NCBI GenBank assembly: GCA_045125935.1 | Contig: JBGVNW010000056.1 | Coordinates: 715 to 64,714 of the forward strand | DNA length: 64,000 bases | Origin: Bacilli bacterium | GTDB lineage: Bacteria; Bacillota_I; Bacilli_A; RF39; UBA660 | Reading direction: 5' to 3' | Shown: piece by piece, positions 53,879-63,067 of the stretch | How positions within the stretch are numbered: the stretch's first letter is position 1 | Layout of the letters: the number at the start of each line of letters is the position of its first letter | Made by a program: the position numbers and the translations under genes | The notes under the pieces: model-generated | What the model saw: the letters and a program-made list of their open reading frames with translations, nothing else | Databases searched by the model: none | Told to the model about the DNA's origin: nothing

Positions 53879-54299
53879 ATTTATTCTCTCCTCTATACAT
53901 TTTTTTATACTGTGGTGCTTTACTTACTTGTTGCCATTTTTTTGCTCCTAATTGTTCATTTAAAATTATTAAGCAGTCACAATAACCAAAACTTTGTGCT
54001 TCTCCATGAACTTCTAAATATTTTCTTTCACAATTTGGTCCTTCAGTTTTTTCTTTACCAATTAAAGTTTCATAGCTTAAACTTGGCATACTAACTTGAA
54101 GCATTTCTCCTTCATTTAATAGTTCACTTATATTTGGTAAGTGAGGTAATATTCTTAGTTCTTCTTCTGGTAATTCATAGGCATGTAAATCACTACTCAT
54201 ATTCTTTGAGTATAAACCTTGAAATTTCTCTTTACCCTTTTCCTTGGTTATTGTAATTGTATAACCTTGTCTTAATACACTTTCTGATATTTCTAACAT
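53871..54299 (-). CDS. Hypothetical protein (142 aa)
   Basis: AGGGGGA RBS. It starts 10 nt after the pcrA stop and overlaps the next gene by 8 nt. I recognise no motif. Confidence 0.55.
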   Translation of the reverse strand: MLEISESVLRQGYTITITKEKGKEKFQGLYSKNMSSDLHAYELPEEELRILPHLPNISELLNEGEMLQVSMPSLSYETLIGKEKTEGPNCERKYLEVHGEAQSFGYCDCLIILNEQLGAKKWQQVSKAPQYKKMYRGENKYE

Positions 54300-54309
54300 T
54301 TAAATCCCC

Positions 54310-56406
54310 CTAGATTTTAGATAACTTTTTATGATTTTTCATTAACTTTTTAATTCCGTGTGGATGTTTGAATGCAACACTTACTAAAGTATTTGTTACT
54401 TCAACAATTTTTCCTGTTCCGAAAGACTCATGGTAGACTAAGTCGCCAACCTTAAAATCAACGTCTTCTTCCCTAAACATTTCGCCAACATTAATCTTTT
54501 CTTCTTTCTTTGGTAACTCATCTTGAACATTTGTCTCTAGTAAATCTGGACTTATTTCACCAATAAAACGGCTTACTGGATTAATTTGTTCATTACCAAA
54601 TAAAGTTCTACGTCTGGCATTAATTAAGTGTAAATCGTCTTTTGCTCTTGTGATTGCAACATAACATAAACGTCTTTCTTCTTCTAATTCACTATTTTCC
54701 ATAAGTGAATTCATATGTGGAAAGATTCCCTCTTCCATACCAACTACAAAGACATGATCAAACTCTAATCCCTTTACAGAGTGAACTGTCATTAAACTTA
54801 TACGATTTGGATCATCTTTATATTCCTCAACATCGCTAATTAAACTTATTTCTAGTAAAAAATCCTCTAAAGATATTAGCCCTTCTCGTTCTTCAAATGA
54901 TTTAGTTATTGACTTGAATTCTTCTAAGTTTTCTAAACGCACTTCGGCCTCAAGACTTTTTTCACTTTCAAGATCAGCCTTCATTCCAGAAGCGTCTAAT
55001 ACTTTATCAATTAATTCTGTTAATGTCAATTCTTCTGAAATAGCTTTTAATTTTTCAATGATATTTTTAAATTCTAATTCTTTTCCTGAAGTTATAGCAT
55101 CATAAATACTAATTCCTTCCATATCAGCTTTTTCAGTTAAATTATCAATTGTCTTTAGTCCAATTCCTCTTTTTGGAGTATTGATTACTCTAAGTAGACT
55201 GACATTATCACGACTATTATGAATTAATCTTAAGTAAGCAATTAAGTCCTTAATTTCTTTTCTTGAATAGAAATAGAAACTACCAATAACACGATATGGC
55301 ATATTTTCTTTTAGCATTTCTTCTTCAATTACACGTGACTGGGCATTGGTACGATATAAAACCGCAATATCTTTATACTCAACACCTCTATTAATAAGTT
55401 CCTTAGTCTTTCTAATAATATATTGAGCTTCATCTCTTTCATTATATGAGCGATAATATTTGATTTTTTCTCCTACACCACGAGATGTCCAAAGATTTTT
55501 ATCTTTACGTTGTTTATTATTCTTAATCACTTGGTTAGCAGCATCTAAAATATTACTTGTTGAACGATAATTTTCTTCTAAAAGAATAGTTTTAGCATCT
55601 TTATAATCATTTTCAAAATTTAGGATATTCTTGTAGTTTGCCCCTCTAAAACTATAGATACTTTGTGAATCATCTCCTACACAAGTTATCTTTCTATTCT
55701 TTTCACTAATCATCTTAGTTAGGATATATTGAGCTTCATTGGTATCTTGGTACTCATCAATTAAGATATATTGGTATAAATCTTGATACTTTTCTAAAAT
55801 ATCAGGATGTTCTTTAAATAGCTTAATTGGTAAAAGTAATAAATCATCAAAATCAACTGAGTTATTTTTACGAAGTTTATCTTCATATTTTTCATAAACT
55901 TTATGTACTACTTTTTCATAATCACTTATAGCATATCTTTCATAGGCAAGTGGAGTCATCATTTCATTTTTACAACTGCTTATTTTATTTCGAATAGCAC
56001 GTGGATTATAAACTTTTGGGTCACAGTTCATATCTTTTAATATTTTCTTTACAACCGTTAGTGAATCATCGCTATCCATAATTACAAAGTTTGCTTCATA
56101 ACCTAGTGCGTTATAGTTTTCACGTAATAGTTTTAATCCAAAGCTGTGAAAAGTTGATACTTGAATGTGTTTAGCTGTATCACCTATTAATAGATATAAT
56201 CGGTCTTTCATTTCTTTGGCAGCTTTATTAGTAAAGGTAATCGCTAAAACATTATATGGTCTAGCATAATCTTCTTCTATTAAATAAGCTATTTTAGTTG
56301 TTAGAGTTTTGGTTTTTCCAGCTCCAGCTCCAGCTATTATTAAAAGTGGACCATCATTATATAAAACAGCTTCTCTCTGTCTGTCATTTAAACTATCAAT
56401 ATTCAT
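54310..56406 (-). CDS. pcrA: ATP-dependent DNA helicase PcrA (UvrD/Rep family)
   Basis: Motifs are AGAGAGKTKTLT, LAITFTNKAAKEM, IDEYQDTN, VGDDSQSIYSFRGA and TVHSVKGLEF. Confidence 0.9.
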   Translation of the reverse strand: MNIDSLNDRQREAVLYNDGPLLIIAGAGAGKTKTLTTKIAYLIEEDYARPYNVLAITFTNKAAKEMKDRLYLLIGDTAKHIQVSTFHSFGLKLLRENYNALGYEANFVIMDSDDSLTVVKKILKDMNCDPKVYNPRAIRNKISSCKNEMMTPLAYERYAISDYEKVVHKVYEKYEDKLRKNNSVDFDDLLLLPIKLFKEHPDILEKYQDLYQYILIDEYQDTNEAQYILTKMISEKNRKITCVGDDSQSIYSFRGANYKNILNFENDYKDAKTILLEENYRSTSNILDAANQVIKNNKQRKDKNLWTSRGVGEKIKYYRSYNERDEAQYIIRKTKELINRGVEYKDIAVLYRTNAQSRVIEEEMLKENMPYRVIGSFYFYSRKEIKDLIAYLRLIHNSRDNVSLLRVINTPKRGIGLKTIDNLTEKADMEGISIYDAITSGKELEFKNIIEKLKAISEELTLTELIDKVLDASGMKADLESEKSLEAEVRLENLEEFKSITKSFEEREGLISLEDFLLEISLISDVEEYKDDPNRISLMTVHSVKGLEFDHVFVVGMEEGIFPHMNSLMENSELEEERRLCYVAITRAKDDLHLINARRRTLFGNEQINPVSRFIGEISPDLLETNVQDELPKKEEKINVGEMFREEDVDFKVGDLVYHESFGTGKIVEVTNTLVSVAFKHPHGIKKLMKNHKKLSKI

Positions 56407-56478
56407 TTTTATACCTACTTCCTAAATTCATTATAACTTAAATTCTAAGGATTGGCAAATTAGGTATAGAAAATCCTA

Positions 56479-57621
56479 CTAAAAACTAGTAGGATTTGTG
56501 TTTAAATATAATTCTTGTAGTTCACGGAATTTTGCTTGCTCTTTATCGACTTTAGCTTGTCTTTCTTGTTCTTGTTTTTCTTTATCTTTTTGTTCTTTTA
56601 AGATACTTAATAATAATTTGTAATCATCTAAAGTTAATAAATCGTCATATGATTTTGTATCTTGAACTGTTTTTTCAACTGATATTGTATTTTTATCTGC
56701 TTTTACAATATATGGTGGTTGAATTTGACGATATTCTTTTTCAATAACTTTTTTATTGTTATTTCCAATTACCATTCTTGGAGCTTGAGTTCCATGATAT
56801 GATTTTTCAATAAATCTTTTATTACTATTTCCTATTACCATACTTGGAGCATCTATTTGATGGTATAGTTTTTCAGCTTTTGCTATCTTGTTTCCTATTA
56901 CCATACTTGGTGCTTCAATTTGACGATATGGTTTATCTGGTTTCTTAGGTTGTTGGTATTCAATTCTTGGTCTAACAGGCACTTGAGGAGTAATTATTTT
57001 TTGTTCTACTACTTGTACTTGTTGTTTTACAACTTGTGATTGTTGAACTTGTTGTTTTAAGAATAATGGCTTAACTAATTTATATATAATTAGAAAAACT
57101 ATCCAGATTACGAAGATTGTGCTAGATAGCTCTATTAGAGCCTGAGCATTACTATTACTGTAGACTGAGCTTTGTATAAAAACATCTAGTTTATTTTCAT
57201 TAATGATGTTTAAGATTAAGATTAATAAATAAGTCATTATACAATAAACTGTTACATTAATATTTTTCATAAATCTTGGTATTTTGTTATTAAATACACT
57301 AGTCCACATTACAATATTAGTTGTGATTATTGCGGCTAAATAAATTGCTAAATTAGGAAAATATATGACAATAAATAAATTATTCATCATATAATCAAAC
57401 ATGTTTCCTAAGTTATTACGATATGTATATATTATTATTCCAAGTACAATTATGTAAATTACAAGAAAAACTTTCTGTATTATGTTCTTTTTATTTCTAC
57501 TTGTTGTGGTTAATGCATAACCCATTAATAATAGTACTAAGAAAATTAGGATATATATTTTAGATGAACTAATCATTTTAAATAGAACACCTATTTTGTC
57601 TATAAGTGACAATTTTGTCAT
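56479..57621 (-). CDS. Membrane protein with a Gln/Val-rich linker and 3.5 tandem 21-22-aa repeats
   Basis: It has 6 N-terminal TM segments and a KQQVQQSQVVKQQVQVVEQK linker. The repeats have the form Y(R/H)QI(E/D)APSMVIGN...EK. AGGGGGGGA RBS. Confidence 0.65.
   Translation of the reverse strand: MTKLSLIDKIGVLFKMISSSKIYILIFLVLLLMGYALTTTSRNKKNIIQKVFLVIYIIVLGIIIYTYRNNLGNMFDYMMNNLFIVIYFPNLAIYLAAIITTNIVMWTSVFNNKIPRFMKNINVTVYCIMTYLLILILNIINENKLDVFIQSSVYSNSNAQALIELSSTIFVIWIVFLIIYKLVKPLFLKQQVQQSQVVKQQVQVVEQKIITPQVPVRPRIEYQQPKKPDKPYRQIEAPSMVIGNKIAKAEKLYHQIDAPSMVIGNSNKRFIEKSYHGTQAPRMVIGNNNKKVIEKEYRQIQPPYIVKADKNTISVEKTVQDTKSYDDLLTLDDYKLLLSILKEQKDKEKQEQERQAKVDKEQAKFRELQELYLNTNPTSF
56705..56935 (-). repeat. 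Tandem coding repeats, 63-66 bp period
   Basis: The TTCC(A/T)ATTACCAT(T/A)CTTGG(A/T)GC core recurs at 56763, 56829 and 56892, with a partial fourth unit near 56711. Confidence 0.8.
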
Positions 57622-57656
57622 AATTTTCCCCCCCTAAATTTACTCTTTTATTCTTT

Positions 57657-58304
57657 TTATTGTTCAGTAACTTCTTGTAATTCAGCAATATAAATTGTTT
57701 GTGTTGTTGAATCATTATTAGTACAAGTTACTAATGTTAATGTTGTTTTATCGTAGTTACGATAAATTGCGATTGTTCCTATCTTTGGTTGTGTATATAT
57801 ATTTACAATTTTGTAGGTATATTTTTTATTTTTATATGTTACGTATGCTACATCGCCTTCATCTAATTTATACAAGTCATTAAAAAATGCTTTCCAACCA
57901 GTACCAGAGTGACCGGCTAGAATTAGGTTTCCACCCTCAACATCTGGATAAGATGATTCTTCAACAACTAAAATGTTCTTTTCAACGTCATTTTCTGTTG
58001 ACCTTTTATCAAGAAAACCTTTTGTTAAATTGATTTTTGGTATATTTAGATAGCCGATGTATTCATCTGTAACAGGTTCTTCTTCGGTTACTGTCTCTTC
58101 CCTTTTTATTCCATCTTCTTCTATAATAACGTTTAAGTTATTTGTATAAAAGATATTAGCCATATAATCATAGGCCATTACTTTTTTTGATTGAATGTAG
58201 TTATAAGAAAGAAAGAATCCTCCAATTAGTATTGCAACGGCAGAAATTGCTGCTAAAACACTAGGAGAAATTCTTCTTTTCTTTTTATTATTGTCTATGT
58301 GCAT
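57657..58304 (-). CDS. Sortase-family transpeptidase homologue (canonical Arg absent)
   Basis: N-terminal TM anchor. The His motif is LILAGHSG and the Cys motif is TLTLVTC. It overlaps the 3' end of its putative substrate gene by 17 nt. Confidence 0.75.
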   Translation of the reverse strand: MHIDNNKKKRRISPSVLAAISAVAILIGGFFLSYNYIQSKKVMAYDYMANIFYTNNLNVIIEEDGIKREETVTEEEPVTDEYIGYLNIPKINLTKGFLDKRSTENDVEKNILVVEESSYPDVEGGNLILAGHSGTGWKAFFNDLYKLDEGDVAYVTYKNKKYTYKIVNIYTQPKIGTIAIYRNYDKTTLTLVTCTNNDSTTQTIYIAELQEVTEQ

Positions 58305-59808
58305 ATTTATAAATAAATGCTGCAGTAGAACCGATTATTATAAGACCAATAATTATCATTACTATTGAACTATTAGAAGCAGTATTTGGTACTGTTACTA
58401 TTGGATAATTATAGAAGTTAACTTGATATGATAAGTGTTCATCATCAAGTGTAAATTTAATTGTATCATTTACTTTTTGATATCCTGCTGGGGCTTGTTC
58501 TTCAGATACTGTATATGTACCGTTAGGTAATCCTGTAAGTGAATATGATTCTGTTGTTGTTACAAATCTTGCAACTTCTTCTCCAGCTTCATTTTTTACT
58601 ACTAGAGTTGCTCCAGCTAATGGTTTTTCTGTTGATTTATCAAGTTTTGTTATTGTTACAACGCTAACCTTTGGTTCGTTGTTAACTTTTACAACAACGT
58701 TTTTGTTATCATCAGAAACAGTAAACATTATTGGATTTGATAATTTTTTGTATCCTGTAGGTGCTTTTGTTTCTTCAACTATATATGTACCATTACTTAA
58801 ATTTCTAATTACATGCATATTAGTTGTTGATGTCCAACTTGTGATTACATTTCCAGTTGCATCTTTTAATACTAATTCTGCTCCAGCTAATGGTTGACCT
58901 GTTGTTTTATCTAATTTAACAATTGATACTTTTGTTGATGTAATACTTAAGTTAATAATTTCTTCTACATCTTCTGTTGCAGAAGTTAAAATTGCAGGTA
59001 ATGCATTTTGCATATTAGAGTTTGTGGGTTTATATTCATAAACTTTATTAACTGTTGCTTTAGCACTAACTGTTACTTTAACATTTGCAGCTGTTGCAGT
59101 AACTTTTGATACTGGAACTTTTACTATGAATTTTTCTGATATATTAAAAGTTGTTTTTTCTGTACCATCTTCTGTTGTTGTAAGAAGACCACTTGATACT
59201 GAAACAGTATAACTTGAAATGTTTGAACCTGTTACTGTTATAGGTTCTGATACATAGTATTTTTTATCAGATGATAATTGCATATCTTTTGTATCAACAT
59301 TTACATTGATTGATGTTTCTGCATAGCCTTGCTCTTTAGCTTTTTTGGCATTAGTCACTAAATTTTTAATGTGTGTACGAATTCCATATGTATCTTCAGC
59401 ATTTGCTTTAAAATCAGCTCCTAAATTACCGCTGCCGGTAGTTTCATCTAAATACCACCAAATTGCAGTTTGAGTAATATAGTAGTCTTTCATGTTATTT
59501 CCTGTAATACTTTTGTATGGATAACCATTTTGAATAATGTAGGCAAATCCTGCATCCATTTCTCCTACTAGTGTTGCTGTTACATCTTTTGCTGTTGCTT
59601 TTGTTCTGTCTAAACAATATACATATTCACCAGAAGTTGTTACTTTTGTTTCAAAGCTAATTCCAGCTAAATATGCATCTACTTGTGTACCACTTCCTAG
59701 TGTAATAGTTTGTGGTGTTGCATTAACGTTAACGTTATTTCCTAAAAATAAAATACTAGTTAACATTAAGGCTAAAAATGATTTTAATTTTTTGAATGTT
59801 TTATTCAT
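58288..59808 (-). CDS. Cell-wall-anchored thioester-domain (TQxA) adhesin with two CnaB/SpaA-type repeats
   Basis: It has a signal peptide. The thioester pair is the Cys in EYVYCLDRTKA and the Gln in YYITQTAIWWY. Two repeats follow, KLDK(T/S)T..PLAGA.LV.K...G...F.T. The C-terminal sorting signal is VPNTAS plus a hydrophobic stretch plus YKYAHRQ. Confidence 0.8.
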   Translation of the reverse strand: MNKTFKKLKSFLALMLTSILFLGNNVNVNATPQTITLGSGTQVDAYLAGISFETKVTTSGEYVYCLDRTKATAKDVTATLVGEMDAGFAYIIQNGYPYKSITGNNMKDYYITQTAIWWYLDETTGSGNLGADFKANAEDTYGIRTHIKNLVTNAKKAKEQGYAETSINVNVDTKDMQLSSDKKYYVSEPITVTGSNISSYTVSVSSGLLTTTEDGTEKTTFNISEKFIVKVPVSKVTATAANVKVTVSAKATVNKVYEYKPTNSNMQNALPAILTSATEDVEEIINLSITSTKVSIVKLDKTTGQPLAGAELVLKDATGNVITSWTSTTNMHVIRNLSNGTYIVEETKAPTGYKKLSNPIMFTVSDDNKNVVVKVNNEPKVSVVTITKLDKSTEKPLAGATLVVKNEAGEEVARFVTTTESYSLTGLPNGTYTVSEEQAPAGYQKVNDTIKFTLDDEHLSYQVNFYNYPIVTVPNTASNSSIVMIIIGLIIIGSTAAFIYKYAHRQ

Positions 59809-59884
59809 TTTCTATCCCCCTCACTCAATGTGGCTATATTATAACACACATTGCTAAAATTTGCAAGTTTTACTTGCTCTATGT

Positions 59885-60412
59885 TTATTTTGATGTAATT
59901 TTTTTAGTATAAAGTATGCTATCATTTACATCAAAAATTGTAAATTCATGTCCATTAATTAAAAGAAAACTTGGCAGTGTTTCACTGCGTGGTTTTGATA
60001 TTGAACCTGGATTTATGTAAACATTCGATCCAATTTCTTCTATAAATGGCACATGATAATGTCCAAAGATTAAAATACTATTTTCTATCATCCAATTTAA
60101 TTCATTATATATGTGACCATGTGTTATATAAATATTGTCTTCTATATTAACGACATTATCAGTTTTGATTGGAAATGGTTCTTCGACTGGACTAACTCTA
60201 AAATCACAATTTCCCTTTATACAAATAAGATTATCTTTAAATGATTCTAGAAATTTCCTAATATATTTAGGATCATAATCTGCTTCACTATTTCCCCAAT
60301 ATAAATCTCCTAAAACGATAAGTTTTTCGCACTTTAATTCTATATAGCGATTCCTTATTTTTTCTAAATTAGTTTTTACTCCGTGGACATCTGATATTAC
60401 TAGCGCTCTCAT
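59885..60412 (-). CDS. YfcE/MJ0936-family metallophosphoesterase
   Basis: Motifs are ISDVHG, LGDL, GNCD, THGH and GHYH. Confidence 0.75.
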   Translation of the reverse strand: MRALVISDVHGVKTNLEKIRNRYIELKCEKLIVLGDLYWGNSEADYDPKYIRKFLESFKDNLICIKGNCDFRVSPVEEPFPIKTDNVVNIEDNIYITHGHIYNELNWMIENSILIFGHYHVPFIEEIGSNVYINPGSISKPRSETLPSFLLINGHEFTIFDVNDSILYTKKITSK

Positions 60413-60527
60413 AAGCTTCCCCTTTATCTTCTTTTGATAATAATTAAACTATTACTACTGGTTATTTATTATAAACGAATTTGTATTTTGCTGTCTATAA
60501 ATATTATGTTTAATTTTTAATTTTTAG

Positions 60528-60560
60528 CAAAAAAGAAAAATGCTATATCGTTATAGCATT
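60528..60560 (-). terminator. Terminator of the exopolysaccharide synthase operon
   Basis: Minus strand reads AATGCTATA-ACGA-TATAGCATT followed by TTTCTTTTTTGC. Confidence 0.75.
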
Positions 60561-61964
60561 TTAATTTCCTAGTTTGTATCGTTTGATACTACCCCAATTA
60601 TTTTTCTTCTTTTTATAACCAACAAAACTAAACATTCTAACTACTGATAAATAAAATCTTAATAATGTTATTTCTACTAGGCAGAGTAAGAAAACTTTTA
60701 TAAGGTCAGTAATACTAACTTTTGTATTATTTACATAAATTCTAGCAAAGAATGATGTCACCGAAAGAAGTGCACCAAAGGAAGCGTACAATAAATAGAA
60801 GAAAAGCATATATTTTACATTAACTAGGCCACTTGTATAAAACAATACAGTAAAGGCAATACCTGCCAACTCTATAAATGGACTAAATAACTCATATATT
60901 AAGAAATACAAATATGAGATAAAACTAACTAGTCCAAACTTATAATTAAGGAAAATTTGACGATGTTTCATCATACTCTGAAATAATCCAAGGTACCAAC
61001 GTCTTCTTTGTTTCCCTAAATCTTTTAGATTTGATGGAGCTTGAGACCAGCAAATAGCATCTGATGCATATTTTATACGATATGGAATCATGTTTCCTCT
61101 ACAAAAAGCGTGAAGTTTAACAACTAGTTCCATATCTTCTCCCATAGTATTTCGGTCATATCCGCCGCAGGCAATTACTGTTTCTTTTTGAAAAAGACCG
61201 AAGGCACCAGAAATTATGAGACTTCCATTAAATTTATCAAACATTATTCGTGAACCTAGAAATGTTCGATCATATTCAAGCACTTGCATACACGCTAGAA
61301 TATTTTTAGGTAAATGACAATCAGTTGGATAACCGTCTTTAAACGTTAAATCATTACTGATACGAACCATTCCACCTACAGCAACTGTCATGTCATCTTC
61401 TAAAATCGGTCTAACAATATTGATTAGAGAATCTTTTTGTAAGAAACTATCGGCATCCATACAAATAAAATACGGGTGTTTACTAGCATTAATACCAACA
61501 TTTAATGCATCAGCTTTACCACCATTTTCTTTTTTTATTAGAGTTAAATCAACCTTATGATCATATGATTCATATACTTCAATTATTTTATTTGTTTCAA
61601 TTTGACTATCTATTTTCTTTTTTACTAATTTCATATCAAAATAATCAACAATATTTTTAGTGGTATTATCTTTAGAACCATCATCTACAACAATTATTTC
61701 ATAGTTTTCATATTCTAAATCTAATAGTGATTTGATTGTATCACATACAGTTACTTCTTCATTGTAAGCCGGTACAATTATAGATATTGGAATATTTATA
61801 TCTTTATTAATTTTATTTTTTAGACGTCTTAGTTTCATTTCAGTATATAAAACTGATGAACCTACACATACTGAAATAAATAAGAACGTAGCATATCCTA
61901 TTAGATATGCAATAAAGAATCCCTCAATAATTTGTAATATTAATTTTACTGTTTCTATACTCAT
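60561..61964 (-). CDS. Processive membrane GT2 synthase (PgaC/IcaA/cellulose-synthase-like)
   Basis: The N-terminal TM is followed by IIVPAYNEE, VVDDGSKDNT, MDADS, GAFGLFQK and the QRRRW motif. About 4 C-terminal TM segments follow. Confidence 0.8.
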   Translation of the reverse strand: MSIETVKLILQIIEGFFIAYLIGYATFLFISVCVGSSVLYTEMKLRRLKNKINKDINIPISIIVPAYNEEVTVCDTIKSLLDLEYENYEIIVVDDGSKDNTTKNIVDYFDMKLVKKKIDSQIETNKIIEVYESYDHKVDLTLIKKENGGKADALNVGINASKHPYFICMDADSFLQKDSLINIVRPILEDDMTVAVGGMVRISNDLTFKDGYPTDCHLPKNILACMQVLEYDRTFLGSRIMFDKFNGSLIISGAFGLFQKETVIACGGYDRNTMGEDMELVVKLHAFCRGNMIPYRIKYASDAICWSQAPSNLKDLGKQRRRWYLGLFQSMMKHRQIFLNYKFGLVSFISYLYFLIYELFSPFIELAGIAFTVLFYTSGLVNVKYMLFFYLLYASFGALLSVTSFFARIYVNNTKVSITDLIKVFLLCLVEITLLRFYLSVVRMFSFVGYKKKKNNWGSIKRYKLGN

Positions 61965-63067
61965 CTTACTTCACCACTTTTTGGCTTGTTTTTTTCGAAA
62001 TGATAATCATACATTTCTAATATTTCACCTTCTCGTTCGAAGAAGTCGTCTACTTCTTTAGAATCTAGTCCTAATCTAATAAAAGCTAAACTTTCACAAG
62101 CAATATCCCTAATATGAAAGTCTTCTGAATAAATAGCTTTTTCGATTGCTTTAAGACAATTTTTTGTTTTATAATTTCGAAGTGCTTTTACTATGTAATA
62201 ACATAGATCATTATCTATATCTAAATATTTATAAACATATGTAGCTAATATAGGGCCAGCTGGTTTATAGCAAACATATTCAAAATACTTTAGACAACTT
62301 ATTTTTAAACTTCTTGGAGATCTTCTATTTAATAATAAATCAAGAATTACTTTACAATTTTTATTATCAAAATAGGCTGCATATTCAATAATTGAACATT
62401 TAATATCAGTAGAGAATTTATTGAAATTACTTAATAATACCTCTAGTAGTTCTTCACTATTTTCCCTATATGAATTTAGTCCAATGATGATAACATTCTT
62501 GTGAAAGAATTTTGTTGAATTACTGATTATTTTTAATGCTTCTGTAATCTTATTAGGGTTTGCCATACTACAAATTGCTAGATAGGCATTATCACGACAG
62601 TAAATACTTTCATCGATTAGATTTTCAAATAGCACATCTTCTACGGCCTTTACATTATTCTGATAAAAAAGACCATATTCTTTTAATGATTTAATACAAA
62701 AAGCTTTTTCGATGTTATTCTTTTTATCATACTTGTATAATAATTCTTCAAATACTTCTTTACATTCTTGAAGGTATTTTTGAATATATGGTTCTTCTTT
62801 TTTTAAATAATTTATAATTATTGTGTCATAAGTTAGTAAATTGTTACTATTTAATAATTTTCTTTTTAGATATTTTTTATGTTCGGTTGATACTTGTTGA
62901 TTTTCTTTTAATAGTTGGAATTGTTCTTTTATTTTTTCTTTGTATTTTTTTATTTTAATAGCATTTATCCTATCATTTCCCTTTCCATAAATTATGGCAG
63001 AAGCATTAAATATTATCATACAGAAACAAATGATAGTGTAAATAAGTATTAAATATGTTACTTTCAT
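61961..63067 (-). CDS. Membrane-anchored helical-repeat (HEAT/ARM-like) protein, synthase partner
   Basis: 368 aa with one N-terminal TM segment. The composition is all-helical and repetitive. It has 4-nt overlaps (ATGA) with both neighbours. Confidence 0.5.
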   Translation of the reverse strand: MKVTYLILIYTIICFCMIIFNASAIIYGKGNDRINAIKIKKYKEKIKEQFQLLKENQQVSTEHKKYLKRKLLNSNNLLTYDTIIINYLKKEEPYIQKYLQECKEVFEELLYKYDKKNNIEKAFCIKSLKEYGLFYQNNVKAVEDVLFENLIDESIYCRDNAYLAICSMANPNKITEALKIISNSTKFFHKNVIIIGLNSYRENSEELLEVLLSNFNKFSTDIKCSIIEYAAYFDNKNCKVILDLLLNRRSPRSLKISCLKYFEYVCYKPAGPILATYVYKYLDIDNDLCYYIVKALRNYKTKNCLKAIEKAIYSEDFHIRDIACESLAFIRLGLDSKEVDDFFEREGEILEMYDYHFEKNKPKSGEVR

